From NCBI GenBank assembly GCA_963924565.1, contig OZ004607.1:29760001-29824000 (forward strand): 64,000 bases of DNA. The letters are read 5' to 3'. Shown one piece after another: positions 62,101-64,000 of this stretch. The notes under the pieces are model-generated. The model was given only the letters and a program-made list of their open reading frames with translations. It did not search any database and was not told where the DNA came from. How positions within the stretch are numbered: position 1 is the stretch's first letter; each line of letters starts with the position of its first letter. The position numbers were made by a program, and so were the translations under genes. This DNA comes from Ascidiella aspersa. Lineage: Eukaryota.

Positions 62101-63776
62101 CTGTACTTATACCTTTATTAGGATTTGTATTCATGGATAATTCTCACATTATTTTCCAATAAATGTCATTAGTGTGACGAGTCCGACTTGCTGTCCTTGC
62201 AATTTATCCGCTAAGTTGTGCAAAAGAGCTTGCCAATTACGTTAGTTTTACTGATTGCTTTACAACGACCTATACATAATTATTAGGGCGATTATTTTTT
62301 GACTTGTCAAAAAAAGTCAAAATTTTGTCAAAATTTACATGTTAGGTCAAAATTTGCCAAAATTTTCAAGTCAAAATCAAATAAAAATCCACATAAATCG
62401 CTTACAAAATTAAAAAAAAAACTAAAGTCAGCTTTTTGAAATTGGTCGTTCAGTTATTTTTAATTTATCGTTCATTTTATCAAAAAAATTTAGTTTTGAT
62501 ATATGTTTAAAGTCATTTTAATCGTATTATATCTTTATTAGAGCAATATACGGTATAAAAAAACGCGTGATTAACGACGCTTAGGTTATTTAAAACAATG
62601 TATTTCTAACAGGTCAAAATTTTGCAAAAATATATTATTTTAATGTCAAAATTTGTCAAAATTTTAAGTTTTCAGGTCAAAATTTCCTATTTTTTAGGTC
62701 AAAAAATAATCGCCCTAATAATGACATAATGAAATTTTTTGTCGAAATAAAGAGTTGGTCGAGGCTTAAAAGTGATATCTGATCGCAATACTCTCACAAT
62801 TTTAATGCCCTGGACACAGCATAAAACGAAAATTGTTGATAAAAGGTTTTCCAACGTTGATAACACTTCCTAGTTTGGTGTTTAACCTGCATTCAACATG
62901 TACAATTGGACGCCTTGAAAAGAAAAGGCGAGAAAAATGATATGTTAAACCAAACAAAAAATATTTAATTGCAGGGTTATGCTGCTTTTGAATCTTCGGA
63001 ACGCGACGGTAGGTTCATTGTGATGAACGGCGAGCAACTGATCATGGACAAACCGCGTTCAGCGTCGACAAAGCAAAGGGCAAGCTTTCAATGTAAGAGG
63101 TTTATCGTCAGGGTAAAAGTCTTATTGAAACCGATAAGTTAATAGTTAGTTACTAATTATTATGAGTTTTCGACAAAGTTGTGTGTAAGTTGGGTTAAAG
63201 CGCTGCTCTTTAAACTAGGACGCTATAGGTCATGGCTATAAAGTACCGCGCCAAAAACGTTTATCATACTAAAATTACCAAAATAACAATACATTATAAA
63301 CGATATTATTCTGAATAATAAGTTTGTATTCCTAACACACGCATTTGTGACATAAAACTGGACAAATGTAATACTTTAAATTAAATAATGTAGGCTACTT
63401 GATCAATACCGTATTCCAGAATTCTAGATTCTGGAGGACCACAAAATAGGTTGCGCTGTTTATGCGGACCACACACCAAAGGCTAAAAGCTTCCGTTGTT
63501 GAACTAGTCTATAATACTTATTTATTTTTAAATATTTTAGCTTTTATTGTATGTTTTGGGTATTTTGAATATAAGTGGTACGCGAACAACGTAGCATCTG
63601 CATAGAATGATTGACGCTTCACTGAATTAAAGTGTGGTTGCGGATTACAAAAAAATGTAGCCTGCTGAGTTTGGACCACGCTGTGCTATGTTGTTAATCA
63701 AGGTTTTATTCGCCCATTAACTGTTTCAGCTTTTGACCGATGTTTGCTTTTATTTCATATAGGGAAGACGGCATGA
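56117..63776 (+). CDS. Secreted protein: signal peptide + Sushi/CCP domain + AbfB (CBM42-like beta-trefoil) domain, 256 aa
   Basis: Exons 56117-56189, 56847-56951, 58250-58348, 59495-59691, 61428-61592, 62975-63092, 63763-63776 (771 nt, in phase). Signal MKRGQLLSVALLCLAS; Sushi C..P.NG...C...VGSKCYFTCNEGFYL..C...C; AbfB-like FYVKRPGL..DSVSI and ATFIIHEDYFYPGYAAFESSERDGRFIV..RASF. Confidence 0.75.
57059..57467. mobile_element. MITE with GAGTC/GACTCC repeats (related copy ~53223-53545)
   Basis: Termini agggctgcggagtc / gactcctcagccctg; shared internal motifs (taacccga, gagtccgactc, cctgtatttcacc, tattccacca) between the two copies. Confidence 0.7.
59786..60109. mobile_element. hAT MITE (cagtgcttctcaacc family; related copies ~51764-52020 and ~52101-52303)
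   Basis: TIR cagtgcttctcaacc / ggttgagaaacactg; perfect TSD gcataagt. Confidence 0.9.
62284..62717. mobile_element. Second, inverted and internally deleted copy of the tagggcga MITE family
   Basis: TIR tagggcgattattttttgac / gtcaaaaaataatcgcccta; TSD ataattat/ataatgac (6/8); internal similarity to the reverse complement of 29589-30365. Confidence 0.85.
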
Positions 63777-64000
63777 TTGAACTGGGACGACGAAGAACTT
63801 TATTTTCGCCGCTTTTGAGCTTAGTTACATCCGTCAACACAAGATATCCATTCGTCAACCGCCTGTTGCGCTTTTATTCCGGTAACCTGTTTGCAGTGTG
63901 CTTTTTTGATATCGCCATTTTAAATAAAGGCACTTTCACGGTGATTTTGGTTTTTCAGTTTTCGTTGGTGTTTTCACGCAGCACAACAACTTGTTTTCTG

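Overview
AT-rich eukaryotic (animal) genomic DNA with compact GT-AG introns and dense short DNA-transposon (MITE) insertions. The style suggests an ascidian/tunicate or similar compact invertebrate genome; this is inference only. Eight protein-coding genes were assembled by hand with consistent exon phases: an SH3-DH-PH Rho-GEF of the ARHGEF4/ARHGEF9/SPATA13 family (+, 839-10597), an intronless multi-TM GDPD5/GDE2-type glycerophosphodiesterase (-, 11486-13072), MALSU1 (-, 19937-22000), LAGE3/Pcc1 (-, 21979-22530), NFYB (+, 23335-25223), PRDM10 (+, 25839-38742), a ZIP1/2/3-type zinc transporter (-, 42995-51005) and a secreted Sushi + AbfB-like protein (+, 56117-63776). A 3.7-kb nested hAT composite carries a transposase remnant. 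There are also many hAT MITEs with 8-bp TSDs, foldback hairpins and two fragments of a tRNA-derived SINE. The most striking structure is that LAGE3 and MALSU1 share an exon and their ORFs overlap by 22 nt in different frames. No other ATG lies between the two start codons, which suggests a bicistronic (leaky-scanning or trans-splice-resolved) unit. It sits head-to-head with a second tightly packed, operon-like pair, NFYB-PRDM10.
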